Of a stretch of DNA of 64,000 nucleotides, positions 1 to 9,552 are shown piece after piece; positions within the stretch are counted from its first letter, which is position 1; the number at the start of each line of letters is the position of its first letter. Location of the stretch: positions 14,573 through 78,572 of IMG/VR virus record IMGVR_UViG_3300025727_000008; one strand, 5' to 3'. This stretch comes from a virus. Made by a program: the position numbers and the translations under genes. The notes beneath the pieces are model-generated. The model worked only from the letters and a program-made list of their open reading frames with translations, ran no database searches and had not been told where the DNA came from.

Positions 1-179
1 ACAGTATCTTCAATTAGTTTTTCCATTGCCTTTAAAAATGATTCACCGTGATATTGAAAGAAATCTTCAACATGATTTTCTTGTAAAGTTAAAAGGTTAT
101 TGATTGTTTTAAATTGGGTTTGCTGTTGCGCCCCCATTTGTGTTGATAAGTTACTATTACTCGTTCCAAATAACCCCAT
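1..179 (-). CDS. Hypothetical protein, partial (runs off the window), starts MGLFGTSNS
   Basis: Hand-translated open frame from ATG at 179 that overlaps the stop of the upstream ORF. Confidence 0.6.
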   Translation of the reverse strand, partial: MGLFGTSNSNLSTQMGAQQQTQFKTINNLLTLQENHVEDFFQYHGESFLKAMEKLIEDT

Positions 180-865
180 TACTCAACCACCTCTTCCGTA
201 ACAATTGCGACCTTAACGCCATCGGTTAATAGAGTTTTGACTCGCTCATTAATACTGTTAGTTTCTATTACTAATCTAAATAATTCTTCTTCTTTAGATT
301 CAATACCCATAGTAGGTGGTTTAATTGTCCAACCTAATGAAGATAATGATTGCATGTCTGTCTGTTTTAAACTAGTCAATGGGGCAGAAATTAAAGGGTT
401 TAACATTTTAGCAGAAGGAATATATGCACTAAAAGAAAGACCATGTTCTTCTGCTAACATTTGTTGTTCTAACATTTCATATTGCTTATGGATTGTTGCG
501 TGTTTATTACAATAAGTTCCCCTCATAGGATAGCCCCTTCTTACTTTATGTAATGGTAAAGGGGGGCGCATAGAATCTCCTGCTTCCCATATTTTTTGAG
601 AGCCACATACAACACATCTATCTTTAATATTATATTTAAATTTATATGGGAATTTAAGAAATGTTTTTTTCTCAGGCATTAAAACTTTAATTATTTCCTT
701 CAATTGTTTTTTGGGTTTTAAATTTTTATATTCATATTGCATTACTGACCCTGCTGCTCTCGCAGTACTAAAAGTATCTAAATATGGGTTTGAAGTAATA
801 TGTGCTGATTGTGCGCCTATTAAATTTGGGGGGTTGAAATTCATTGCCATGTGATATTCTCCCAT
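179..865 (-). CDS. Hypothetical protein with Zn-binding motif (CVVC...CNKH); likely start MAMNF at 850
   Basis: ORF track; Cys/His pattern; coupled to the GTPase gene. Confidence 0.6.
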   Translation of the reverse strand: MGEYHMAMNFNPPNLIGAQSAHITSNPYLDTFSTARAAGSVMQYEYKNLKPKKQLKEIIKVLMPEKKTFLKFPYKFKYNIKDRCVVCGSQKIWEAGDSMRPPLPLHKVRRGYPMRGTYCNKHATIHKQYEMLEQQMLAEEHGLSFSAYIPSAKMLNPLISAPLTSLKQTDMQSLSSLGWTIKPPTMGIESKEEELFRLVIETNSINERVKTLLTDGVKVAIVTEEVVE

Positions 866-1533
866 TAGTAATCCTTTATCATTGTTAGGATTCCCCTATA
901 TACCATTTCTGAATCTGATTTAGCACTTACTATGTATTTATAACAAGGTATTCCTTTATCATTTAACTTTTGCATACCATTTCTAAATGAGTCAAATATT
1001 GGATGTTTTTCAATAGATGTATAGTCATATTTATCTTTCCATAAATCATGTTTATTAGCCCATAATCCAACTGCAACAGGGTAATCATGTATTTTCTTTT
1101 TTTGTTTTTTTCCTTTGTGGTTCCAATAAGGAGTACAAATTGTATCAACTAAAAAAGTCCAACATAATTGTTGTTCTATATCATAATGTTTATCCATATG
1201 TCTATCATCAATCATAAAAATAATATATTTTACTTTTCTAGTTTTCATGTCTTGAACCCATTCATTCCAAAATACTGTTTCACCACCAACATCAGCAGTT
1301 TTAATGGTATGAGCATCACCATCTAATTTTACAAATTTTCTAGATGGTCGTTGTAATCCAACAGTTCTATCTGTAATAGCAGGGATTTCACCTCTAGTTC
1401 TTAATTGATGATGTAGAGTAGTTTTACCTACTTTACTTGCACCATATACTCCAAAAGGAATTGAATGTAATCTTTGATAGATTCTATTCATTCCTTCTAC
1501 AAATAAAATAGCGAAACCCGCCATCACCGACAT
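865..1533 (-). CDS. Ras/Arf-like small GTPase
   Basis: G1 GASKVGKTT, G2 Thr (RTVG), G3 DVGG, G4 NKHD, G5 SAK in correct order and spacing; hydrophobic N-terminal helix. Confidence 0.88.
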   Translation of the reverse strand: MSVMAGFAILFVEGMNRIYQRLHSIPFGVYGASKVGKTTLHHQLRTRGEIPAITDRTVGLQRPSRKFVKLDGDAHTIKTADVGGETVFWNEWVQDMKTRKVKYIIFMIDDRHMDKHYDIEQQLCWTFLVDTICTPYWNHKGKKQKKKIHDYPVAVGLWANKHDLWKDKYDYTSIEKHPIFDSFRNGMQKLNDKGIPCYKYIVSAKSDSEMVYRGILTMIKDY

Positions 1534-1539
1534 TATTAA

Positions 1540-1764
1540 TCACACCAAATGATGCCATAAATTAACAATCCCATTCCATGTAGAAGAATATAAATTATAC
1601 CCAAATAAAGGTATTGCATGACCTATCAAAAAACCTATTACTGTTGAGATTATACCCCATAACCAAAACCTCGCTCTAAGAAACCAAATATCAGCAGAGT
1701 GCGCTCTTTGCAAATCATATGCTAATGTGGATTCATCGAACCCCATTAGTATCTCAGATACCAT
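1540..1764 (-). CDS. Small membrane protein
   Basis: Hydrophobic segment FWLWGIISTVIGFLIGHAIPLFGY. Confidence 0.7.
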   Translation of the reverse strand: MVSEILMGFDESTLAYDLQRAHSADIWFLRARFWLWGIISTVIGFLIGHAIPLFGYNLYSSTWNGIVNLWHHLV

Positions 1765-1771
1765 TTAATCA

Positions 1772-2215
1772 CTACTCGTTAAATCCAGTTAAAAATGTAG
1801 GGTTTATTGTATTGCTATCAAATTGCGGTTGTTGGTTTTGTTGCATTGTAGGTAAGTTAGCATCTCCATACACCGGCTGACCGAAGGTTTGATTGAAACT
1901 TCTTAATGATTCTCTAACTCTCTTTCTATTATCTTCATCCCTTGCTTTTCTATTCCAATAAGAATCTATTTTTCTTTGTAGCAGGAAATCTTCTATTACA
2001 TCATTTAACATTAAATCAAATAGTGCTTTCAATAACATGATACCCCCTACTGTGCATATACCGAATAATACTGCATGGGAAAGTCCTGTGTATGGGAAAT
2101 CCATACCATATAAAGTATAGAAATAAATATTTGTTCCACTAATTGCACCAACAAATAGTATAGTCATTACTAGTCTTGTATCTGTATCAATACTAGGCAA
2201 ACACATCAACTCCAT
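1772..2215 (-). CDS. Two-TM membrane protein with Q-rich cytoplasmic tail
   Basis: Two hydrophobic segments followed by a charged helix; start codon uncertain. Confidence 0.7.
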   Translation of the reverse strand: MELMCLPSIDTDTRLVMTILFVGAISGTNIYFYTLYGMDFPYTGLSHAVLFGICTVGGIMLLKALFDLMLNDVIEDFLLQRKIDSYWNRKARDEDNRKRVRESLRSFNQTFGQPVYGDANLPTMQQNQQPQFDSNTINPTFLTGFNE

Positions 2216-2484
2216 GTGCAGGAATATGAGCCACCTGAACCGGATAGTATTGCAGTTATACCTGTTCCCATTGCTCTGTCGTGCATATCAAATTCAATAG
2301 TATTATTAGCAGTAAGAATTAATCTAGCAACTTCATCTGCTGAACCAACAGTAGTGTTATTATGGTCATATAATTTTAATGTTGCAGTTCCAGTAGAACA
2401 AAAATGAATGCTGGTCATTTTACATCTACCGTCATTCAATACTGCACTAGATGTTTTAACAGGACTACCTGCTGAAACCATCAC
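2206..2484 (-). CDS. Small beta-rich putative virion protein
   Basis: G/S/T-rich composition; downstream of the capsid gene. Confidence 0.5.
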   Translation of the reverse strand: MMVSAGSPVKTSSAVLNDGRCKMTSIHFCSTGTATLKLYDHNNTTVGSADEVARLILTANNTIEFDMHDRAMGTGITAILSGSGGSYSCTWS

Positions 2485-2894
2485 TTCACATCCTTAGTGG
2501 TTTTCTTCTTAGTAGTGGTTTTCTTAGCAACGGGTTTCTTTTCTTTTACTGTTTCTTTAGGGACAACAGTTTCAACCACTGCTTCAACCACTGCTTCAAC
2601 CTGCTTTTTAACAGGAGTTTTTACTTTCTTAGGAAATAATATATCATTAACATCGCCTTCTACACCTAAATGTCGTCGTATTGCTTTAATTCTATTTTCA
2701 GGTAAATTAGCAATATCCTTTTTATCATCAACTGTAAAGTCAACTTGGATTGCTTCATCTCCTAAATAAAGTGCTGCGATTCTAGCAGGTACTTCACAAG
2801 GGGTTTGTGCTGTAAGAGAATATATTTTTTCTCCAACCCCTCTAATTTCTAATGCGCCTTCAACTCTATGTGTTTTCAATCTTATTAATGCCAT
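2481..2894 (-). CDS. Hypothetical protein with K/T-rich C-terminal tail (start re-assigned to MALIRLK at 2894)
   Basis: GGTGA SD precedes ATG 2894; the track's longer N-terminus runs through a hairpin. Confidence 0.6.
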   Translation of the reverse strand: MALIRLKTHRVEGALEIRGVGEKIYSLTAQTPCEVPARIAALYLGDEAIQVDFTVDDKKDIANLPENRIKAIRRHLGVEGDVNDILFPKKVKTPVKKQVEAVVEAVVETVVPKETVKEKKPVAKKTTTKKKTTKDVK

Positions 2895-2915
2895 AATATC
2901 ACCATTTTTTAAAGG

Positions 2916-2957
2916 GTAGTAACCCCTACCCCGATGTTTCGGAGTAGAGGCTACTAC
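2916..2957 (-). terminator. Stable stem-loop after the major capsid gene (terminator or mRNA-stabilising hairpin)
   Basis: Minus-strand gtagtagcctctactccga-aaca-tcggggtaggggttactac, 19-bp stem with G-U pairs. Confidence 0.6.
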
Positions 2958-2985
2958 TTTACATTTCACTTATTATTTAAGTATC

Positions 2986-4389
2986 TCAAGCACTCTTTAG
3001 GTTGGTAATCTTACCTTGACCCTTGAAGAAGGAACAGCATGTTTCGCCCATTGTGCGATACATACCTTGATTTCCAAGTTTACCAACACCGAATGGATTT
3101 CCACTAGTAATTCCATCCTCAAAATACTGAGTAGGCTTCATTACAGATAACCAAAGATGGTCTGTATCAAGAATTAACATATCACTTAACCTGTTGCTTG
3201 TTGATTGACCAGTTGACGGCATATCTTTAGCAGGGATAATTGGTATGTCGTAGTAGGTTGCCACACGGAAACCTACTTCTTGACCCTTTACTCCACGAAC
3301 ACCATTATGGGAAGGAACTATTTCTTTCCTATCCATAAATCGCTCTTGTGATTGTAGTAAATCAGAAAGTTTCTGTATGGTATCATATCCAGTAATGATA
3401 ACTTTAGGATTACCACCGTTAGTGCGGATTCTACGAATCATATCATTAAGTATGCTTAGAGTTAAAACTCTACAATTACCTGATGTATAATCAGTACCGA
3501 AGTCAACTTCTGCGTCTAGGAAAGATGCAACACCTGTGTAAGTGTAAGCACCTGTTCCGCCGCTAGTATCAACAGTAACAGTTCTAGTTGAACCAAAGAT
3601 AGTAGTAGCATCAGCAAGTTGTGCTGCTGTACCATTATTTGTTTGGTTGTGATAGAATACGTCGTCATCAGCCATCTTTGCAAGTTCAGCAGCAGATGAT
3701 ATAATCTTCATTAGAGAAGTATAATTCTTCTCAATTCCAGTTGTACCGTTCTCTGAATACTTTTCAAGAGGCATAACTAACATCTTGCTTTGTACTTCAG
3801 CGTGTAACTTACCCATGTCTTCTCTAACGATAGCGCGAATATCTCCGACACCATCATCAATTGCAGCCATTTCCATTCCTAGTTCTGAGAACTCAAATAG
3901 ATGTGCAATAGTCTTAGGGCTAACATATAGTTTAGTATATTCAGGAGCGATTGCTCTGAATCCATCTGCACCACCTAATGCTGCGTTTTCTCCAACACCA
4001 CCAATTTGGTCTGCTCTAGGTGTTTCTGCCTGAGCAGAAGTCATTGCTGCTGTTACTGCATTAGTACCAGTTCCGAATGCTGCACTTGAACCACCAATAG
4101 GTCGGCTCTTTAGTACTCTCCAACCACTAGATGTGTAAGGTCGCTTTGCAAGCATTGCAAGAGGGTTAACTTCTTGGTTTAATACTGACCAAACTTTTTG
4201 TCCGTATAATAGGTTGTATAAATCTCCTAATCCTGCTGCACCGGTAAATGCATTAGCACTAGTATCGTGAGGTGTTCCAAATCCACCAACGACTCCACCT
4301 GCTTTAAGCAAAGCGTTGCCGCTACCAGTTCCACCATATCCGTATGTTGCTGCTTCTAAATCTTTCATTGTCTTAATATATCCACTCAT
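2986..4389 (-). CDS. Major capsid protein (HK97 fold)
   Basis: 467 aa, directly after protease/scaffold; C-terminal pattern typical of haloviral-type MCPs (VATYYDIPIIP..MLILDTDHL); high-expression codon bias. Confidence 0.85.
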   Translation of the reverse strand: MSGYIKTMKDLEAATYGYGGTGSGNALLKAGGVVGGFGTPHDTSANAFTGAAGLGDLYNLLYGQKVWSVLNQEVNPLAMLAKRPYTSSGWRVLKSRPIGGSSAAFGTGTNAVTAAMTSAQAETPRADQIGGVGENAALGGADGFRAIAPEYTKLYVSPKTIAHLFEFSELGMEMAAIDDGVGDIRAIVREDMGKLHAEVQSKMLVMPLEKYSENGTTGIEKNYTSLMKIISSAAELAKMADDDVFYHNQTNNGTAAQLADATTIFGSTRTVTVDTSGGTGAYTYTGVASFLDAEVDFGTDYTSGNCRVLTLSILNDMIRRIRTNGGNPKVIITGYDTIQKLSDLLQSQERFMDRKEIVPSHNGVRGVKGQEVGFRVATYYDIPIIPAKDMPSTGQSTSNRLSDMLILDTDHLWLSVMKPTQYFEDGITSGNPFGVGKLGNQGMYRTMGETCCSFFKGQGKITNLKSA

Positions 4390-4391
4390 AT

Positions 4392-5570
4392 TTAATCACC
4401 CCTCACTAGGTTGTGAACGTCATCCCAAGTCATAGATGCTGCTGCTTCTAAACTTGTAGGTATTCCTTCAGGTAGCGTCATAGACACTTCTGCGCTCTTG
4501 CGAATTGTTTCATTTTCTTTTGATAGAGATTTGCGTAGTAATACAAACTCTTCTTTTAGTGCTGCTACATCTGTTCGGGCATCGTATGATGCTGATTCAT
4601 GGTTTGCTTTCTTTACAGAAAGTTCTTCAGCAAGTCTAGATTCAAAAGTCTTGCTTAGATTATCATAAGCGTATTTTTCCATCTGTTCTGCTTTAAACTG
4701 CACATATGCCTTTTCAACATTCTCTGCGCTTAGGTTAAGAGTACTAAAATCAGAGTCATTTAGACCCTCACTCTTTAGTTCAGAAGGTGCTGCTGTTGGT
4801 TTACCGCCGCTAACAACTAATTCTCCTGCTTCATAATCTCTAGTTGTATCTTCATCTAGAGCCTTCAGTTCTTCCTCTTCTTCTTCAGAATCTCCCTTTT
4901 CCATTTCAGGTTCTTCTTCAGTGTCCATATACTGTTCATTCTTCGTTACTTCTTCATTTTCTTGCTCTCCGAGTCCGTTAACTTGTTTCATTAAGTCATT
5001 CAACTCTTCAAGTGCTTTTTCTAATTTTTCACTCATTGTTTTGTCCTCCATTTTTAAAATGTCGAATTTTGCTTCGGGATTAATACCCTTTTCGCAGATA
5101 GTTACTTCGTGTAACTCTAATCTGTCTATCTCATTGTATTCGCCAAACTCTTCTGATGTTCTTTGTTTCTTAGAAATCGCTTGACCCCCAATACTAAAAG
5201 AACGAAGTGTTCCCTTTCTAATACTTCTTGAAATTTCTTTTGCTTTTTCTATGTCCTCTCTTAACTTAATAACAACATAAAACCCTACATCATCTACACC
5301 GGTTTTATGTAAAGTTCCATTAGTATCACGATATTTTTCAATAACTTCTCCAACTTGCACATTAGAATGATTAGACATTACATTTCTATATTTCTTCTCA
5401 CCCATATATTTTACAACTGCTTCATCTAAAGCACTTAATGTAATTAAATCGTTTTGTTTATCTACTATTTCTATAGAAGCATATCCACCAATAACTAAAT
5501 TATCAGACTTAAGAATAGTAAATTCATGATGAGAATTTGCTTTCAACAAAAGTGTAGGCTGCATCAGCAT
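4392..5570 (-). CDS. Prohead protease fused to an acidic coiled-coil scaffold
   Basis: IGGYASIEIVDKQND, catalytic-type His (SNH), FSIGG, LHEVTICEKGINPEA motifs of the HK97 protease family; acidic C-terminal half. Confidence 0.88.
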   Translation of the reverse strand: MLMQPTLLLKANSHHEFTILKSDNLVIGGYASIEIVDKQNDLITLSALDEAVVKYMGEKKYRNVMSNHSNVQVGEVIEKYRDTNGTLHKTGVDDVGFYVVIKLREDIEKAKEISRSIRKGTLRSFSIGGQAISKKQRTSEEFGEYNEIDRLELHEVTICEKGINPEAKFDILKMEDKTMSEKLEKALEELNDLMKQVNGLGEQENEEVTKNEQYMDTEEEPEMEKGDSEEEEEELKALDEDTTRDYEAGELVVSGGKPTAAPSELKSEGLNDSDFSTLNLSAENVEKAYVQFKAEQMEKYAYDNLSKTFESRLAEELSVKKANHESASYDARTDVAALKEEFVLLRKSLSKENETIRKSAEVSMTLPEGIPTSLEAAASMTWDDVHNLVRGD

Positions 5571-5602
5571 TATTTTTTAATTTTTAACTTTTACTATATT
5601 AA

Positions 5603-8188
5603 CTAATCGCTATTTTTATTAGGAAATTTTAAATTACTATATTTATCCTCATTAATATTCCATATATTAACATCATCTTCATCCTTTAACATTGATTGTT
5701 TCTTACCTGTCCAAGCAATCCATGTTTTCTTTTCATTTATTGGAACAACTCTTAGATGTAGTCTAGTTTCAAACTTATCTCCTTCTAATTTATATTCATG
5801 ATAACCGTCTTTTTGAACACCTAATGTTACTATCCCCTTATCTATAATTTTACCTTCATTTATATTAGTTGCAACAATAGCAGGATATTTATTAGATTTA
5901 CCAAATAAATTATAAATATCATCAGTATCTTCAATATCTATTAACCATGCTAATCTTTTATTTTTATAATTAATTACAAAATTAATATTACCATCTTCTT
6001 GAAGAGAAATATTAAATTTTCCTTGTTTAGAATCTTCCTTATAGATTATATTTTCATCCACATCTTTTTCTAAAATTTCTTCATTAGAAAAGAATTTATT
6101 AGGATGTTTGTAAATGAATGAATCTTGTTTTTTCATCCAAGACATTAATTTAGATTCTACTGATTTAAATAAACTTTGGAATAAATCAGGGTATTCTTTC
6201 TTTACAAATAAAACTATTTTTTCAAATTCTAATTCATCATTTCCGCTATTTAATATTTCATTTCTTATAGATATTCTTAACTCAGAACGCTTACTTTTTA
6301 TTAATTGATTTAATTCTTCTTTCCACAAATCAATATTATGTAAAGCGTTTTTCTCCATTAAATTATCTCCTTCAAATCCATATAAAGTATAGCCTTCTAA
6401 ATTTTCTTTTAATATAATTTCAGCAGTTCCATGTATATCGTCTGTAATATAATATCCCTTTTTTAGTTTTTTAGGTTTTACTAAATCAGACTCTAAACCA
6501 CTCATAACTCTAAATGGTTTAGGAACAACTCCTGAAACTAAACCGCGTATAGCAGATAATGATTTTTTACTTTTAGATGCTAATTTTTCTAATGTTGCGA
6601 TATTATCAGATTGAGTAACTTCAGGAACTTCTATCACTTTAGCGGAATACAAACTAAAACCATTTTTATTTTTAGTAACTTCATCAACTTTAACTCTAAC
6701 AATACTACCAACATCTACATTGATTTTAGTGTTTAAAGCCTTACCAACTTCTAAATAATCCTTCCCTTCAAATTCAACAGTTGCATAATTTCTAGCAACT
6801 TCTGCTGTAACTGCACCTATACCCATTGTATAAGAATGTAAATTGCTTTTAGTTTTTCTATCTTTTAGAACTATCACATCTAAGTCAACAAATTTTTTCC
6901 ATTTAATCCATTTTGGATTTTTTCTATTTCCAATATAATAGGTAGATTCTATATCTTTAATAACTACTCCTTCAGAAGCAGGTAATTTCATAATATCTTT
7001 AGAATACTCTTCTACTTCTTTCTTAGAATCTGCAATACGAGTATCTTTTTTAGAAGGAAATGCTAAATTTTCAGAAGAGTGTTGAGCATATTGATATAAT
7101 AAAATATTAATTCTTTCTCTTAAAGGTTCTTCTGTTATTTCTTTTCCTTCATGTATCATAATATCAAAAACATGAGCCTTTAGTGTACCTTCAGTTTTTT
7201 TATGGAAAACATGAGTAATAGTGTCTGCTCGTTGTAATGGCTCATCATCTAAGAATAACATTAATTCTGCATCTAAGATACAATCACCAAACTGTTTCTT
7301 TTCCATATGTTTAACTTGTTCAGGGCATTTTAAAGTAATATCTTTTTGATTAAAAGAATAAATTTTAACTTTATTATCAAACTTATGAATTTGTATTCTC
7401 ATTCCATCATATTTTTCTTGAACTACAAATTCACCTGTTAAACCTTTAATATCATCTAAATCATCTATTTCAAATATCCTATACATTGGTTTATTTGGTT
7501 GAATAAAATCTATTCCTGCTTTTGTTATATCTAATTCTAATAATGAATCCCATTGTTCTTCATTATATTTTTCTAAATATATTTTTTCTAATTGTTTAAA
7601 TGCGTGTTTACATTTAGATTCTATTCTTCTAGTATCGTCATTTTCATCACCATAATGTTCAATAATATAAATAGGAACATCTTTAGGTTCTAAATCCAAA
7701 CCCATATATCCTTGAGTAATATTATCAGGTTGTAAATTATGTGCATTCCAAGATTTATCAGGAATAGGATTAGTATGAGAACGCACTGCATAATGAATAA
7801 ATGCTAATAACATAGATTCATTTTTCATAAATTCTTTGATTACATCATCACCTAATTGTTTTGAAAATGGGTCGCTTACTTTATCAGATTTGAACCTAAG
7901 ACTTTTAACACCTTCATAAATTTCTTTTGCTTGTCTAGATTCAGGGTCATATGCTTCTTCTGAAAAAACTATATCTTCTTTCAAATATTTTTTTAATTCT
8001 CTAGTAAAATCATCTAAAGAATCAAACTGATTTCTAACTTCCTTTACTGTTTTTCGCCACTTCTTGTTATAATCAGAAGGGTTTTCTTTAGCAGATAAAT
8101 AAGAATATCTGACTCTTTCAAAAAAATCCAATACTCGTTTAGTTAAAGTATCTTTTTCCTTTTCAAAAATAACCCCTGTTTGCGGCAT
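5603..8188 (-). CDS. Multi-domain ATP-dependent DNA ligase-like protein in the head module
   Basis: EKYDGMR (motif I), LDAEL, VFDIM, EGVVIK, WIKWK; OB domain; extra N- and C-terminal domains. Confidence 0.82.
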   Translation of the reverse strand: MPQTGVIFEKEKDTLTKRVLDFFERVRYSYLSAKENPSDYNKKWRKTVKEVRNQFDSLDDFTRELKKYLKEDIVFSEEAYDPESRQAKEIYEGVKSLRFKSDKVSDPFSKQLGDDVIKEFMKNESMLLAFIHYAVRSHTNPIPDKSWNAHNLQPDNITQGYMGLDLEPKDVPIYIIEHYGDENDDTRRIESKCKHAFKQLEKIYLEKYNEEQWDSLLELDITKAGIDFIQPNKPMYRIFEIDDLDDIKGLTGEFVVQEKYDGMRIQIHKFDNKVKIYSFNQKDITLKCPEQVKHMEKKQFGDCILDAELMLFLDDEPLQRADTITHVFHKKTEGTLKAHVFDIMIHEGKEITEEPLRERINILLYQYAQHSSENLAFPSKKDTRIADSKKEVEEYSKDIMKLPASEGVVIKDIESTYYIGNRKNPKWIKWKKFVDLDVIVLKDRKTKSNLHSYTMGIGAVTAEVARNYATVEFEGKDYLEVGKALNTKINVDVGSIVRVKVDEVTKNKNGFSLYSAKVIEVPEVTQSDNIATLEKLASKSKKSLSAIRGLVSGVVPKPFRVMSGLESDLVKPKKLKKGYYITDDIHGTAEIILKENLEGYTLYGFEGDNLMEKNALHNIDLWKEELNQLIKSKRSELRISIRNEILNSGNDELEFEKIVLFVKKEYPDLFQSLFKSVESKLMSWMKKQDSFIYKHPNKFFSNEEILEKDVDENIIYKEDSKQGKFNISLQEDGNINFVINYKNKRLAWLIDIEDTDDIYNLFGKSNKYPAIVATNINEGKIIDKGIVTLGVQKDGYHEYKLEGDKFETRLHLRVVPINEKKTWIAWTGKKQSMLKDEDDVNIWNINEDKYSNLKFPNKNSD

Positions 8189-8198
8189 AATACCTCAC

Positions 8199-8414
8199 TC
8201 AGTTAGATTTATTTTCTTTTCCTTCAATATTACTAGTTTGAGGCAATTTAACTTCTTTAGGATTTTCTTTAGGTTTCTCTACCTTAACTTCTTCACCTGT
8301 TAATGGTTCTTTAAGTTCTAAAGTTCCTAAATGTTTAGCCTCTTGAATTACTTCTTTGGCTTTTGCAATCGCTAGTTCTAATATTTTTTCTTCTCTTGTT
8401 ACTTTTTCCGGCAT
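8199..8414 (-). CDS. Small charged hypothetical protein (MPEKVTREE)
   Basis: GGGGTG SD upstream of the ATG near 8414. Confidence 0.55.
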   Translation of the reverse strand: MPEKVTREEKILELAIAKAKEVIQEAKHLGTLELKEPLTGEEVKVEKPKENPKEVKLPQTSNIEGKENKSN

Positions 8415-8419
8415 TTTAT

Positions 8420-8650
8420 TCACCCCATTGTATTTACTAATTCGTGTATATCTTCCCATTCCATACTCTTTTTTATTGGGCTGCCACTCATAGGAATATT
8501 TGTACTGTCCATCATTGGTGAAGGAGAATCTACCACTACTAATCCTGATTTCATAAGTAAGTTATCTTTATGATAAACTGCTTCTTCAAGATGTTTCACT
8601 TTACTTACTAATTCTTTTAATAATAATAACATTTCATTTTCTTCACTCAT
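8420..8650 (-). CDS. Small scaffold-like protein
   Basis: Coiled-coil N-terminus; C-terminus MEWEDIHELV resembles the protease-scaffold end MTWDDVHNLV. Confidence 0.55.
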   Translation of the reverse strand: MSEENEMLLLLKELVSKVKHLEEAVYHKDNLLMKSGLVVVDSPSPMMDSTNIPMSGSPIKKSMEWEDIHELVNTMG

Positions 8651-8722
8651 AAAAACCATTCCTTCGATATGCTGCCACTAGTTCTTCTGTTATTAATCTT
8701 TTAAGTTCTCTTTTCATATTCA

Positions 8723-9031
8723 TTATTTACCATCTCTCGGTTTATATATTTTAGTTCCTATATATTTCGGTTCAGGTAATGTAGGACTTAAAGGATGTTC
8801 AGTATTCATTAAACAACTCCCATTATCACTAATAGTTACTTCAGGTAAAGAACATTTTAAGTTTTTATTATGACCACATTTGGTAGCCTCACATTTTCTT
8901 ACTTTACAATCTGATGCAGTAGGTATAAACGCAGTTCCTTTTGGTATATATTTTGTTCCGCCACCTGCAATATCACTAATTCTAGAAGCCATTTCTGCAT
9001 CTTCATTCTTAACTATATCTTTCCAACTCAT
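8723..9031 (-). CDS. Leader-motif protein (MSWKDIVK) with DUF1540-like Cys cluster
   Basis: C.A..C.HN....C.....I....C pattern. Confidence 0.6.
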   Translation of the reverse strand: MSWKDIVKNEDAEMASRISDIAGGGTKYIPKGTAFIPTASDCKVRKCEATKCGHNKNLKCSLPEVTISDNGSCLMNTEHPLSPTLPEPKYIGTKIYKPRDGK

Positions 9032-9043
9032 TTAATCATCTCC

Positions 9044-9520
9044 TTAATATTCTGCACCATATTGGTTATCTACTTTAACAGGCAGCATTAGTCCATCACC
9101 CATTGGTTCTCCCCACATTTCATCATCCTTTAGTTTGTAATCTATATATGCTGGATGAACTTCACCCATTCCACCTGAAGGAGTTTGTCGCATATTGGTA
9201 TCTTTCTTACTATTCGTTTCTTCCTTATATTCATCAGATGTATCTACTAAGCCTTGAATTAAGTGAAGCAAAGCACTATTGTAGGATTCTTTAGCATGTT
9301 CTAACCTGTTAAATTTCTCATCAATATATTTAAAATCTTCTTCTGATAACTTTCCGTCTAATTTTGGAAATCGCTCATATGCTAAATGCTCAAAATCACC
9401 CCAATCTAATTTGGAAAAAGGCTCTATTTCCAAACTTTCTAATTCGTCTGCTATATCTTCTAATTCTTCCGCAATGCTACCTTTATCATTTATCTTTACT
9501 ATATCTTTCCACCAACTCAT
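9044..9520 (-). CDS. Leader-motif hypothetical protein (MSWWKDIVK)
   Basis: ORF track; GGTGA SD. Confidence 0.65.
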   Translation of the reverse strand: MSWWKDIVKINDKGSIAEELEDIADELESLEIEPFSKLDWGDFEHLAYERFPKLDGKLSEEDFKYIDEKFNRLEHAKESYNSALLHLIQGLVDTSDEYKEETNSKKDTNMRQTPSGGMGEVHPAYIDYKLKDDEMWGEPMGDGLMLPVKVDNQYGAEY

Positions 9521-9552
9521 TTAATCACCTTAATTTTGTCGTATCTGCAAAT

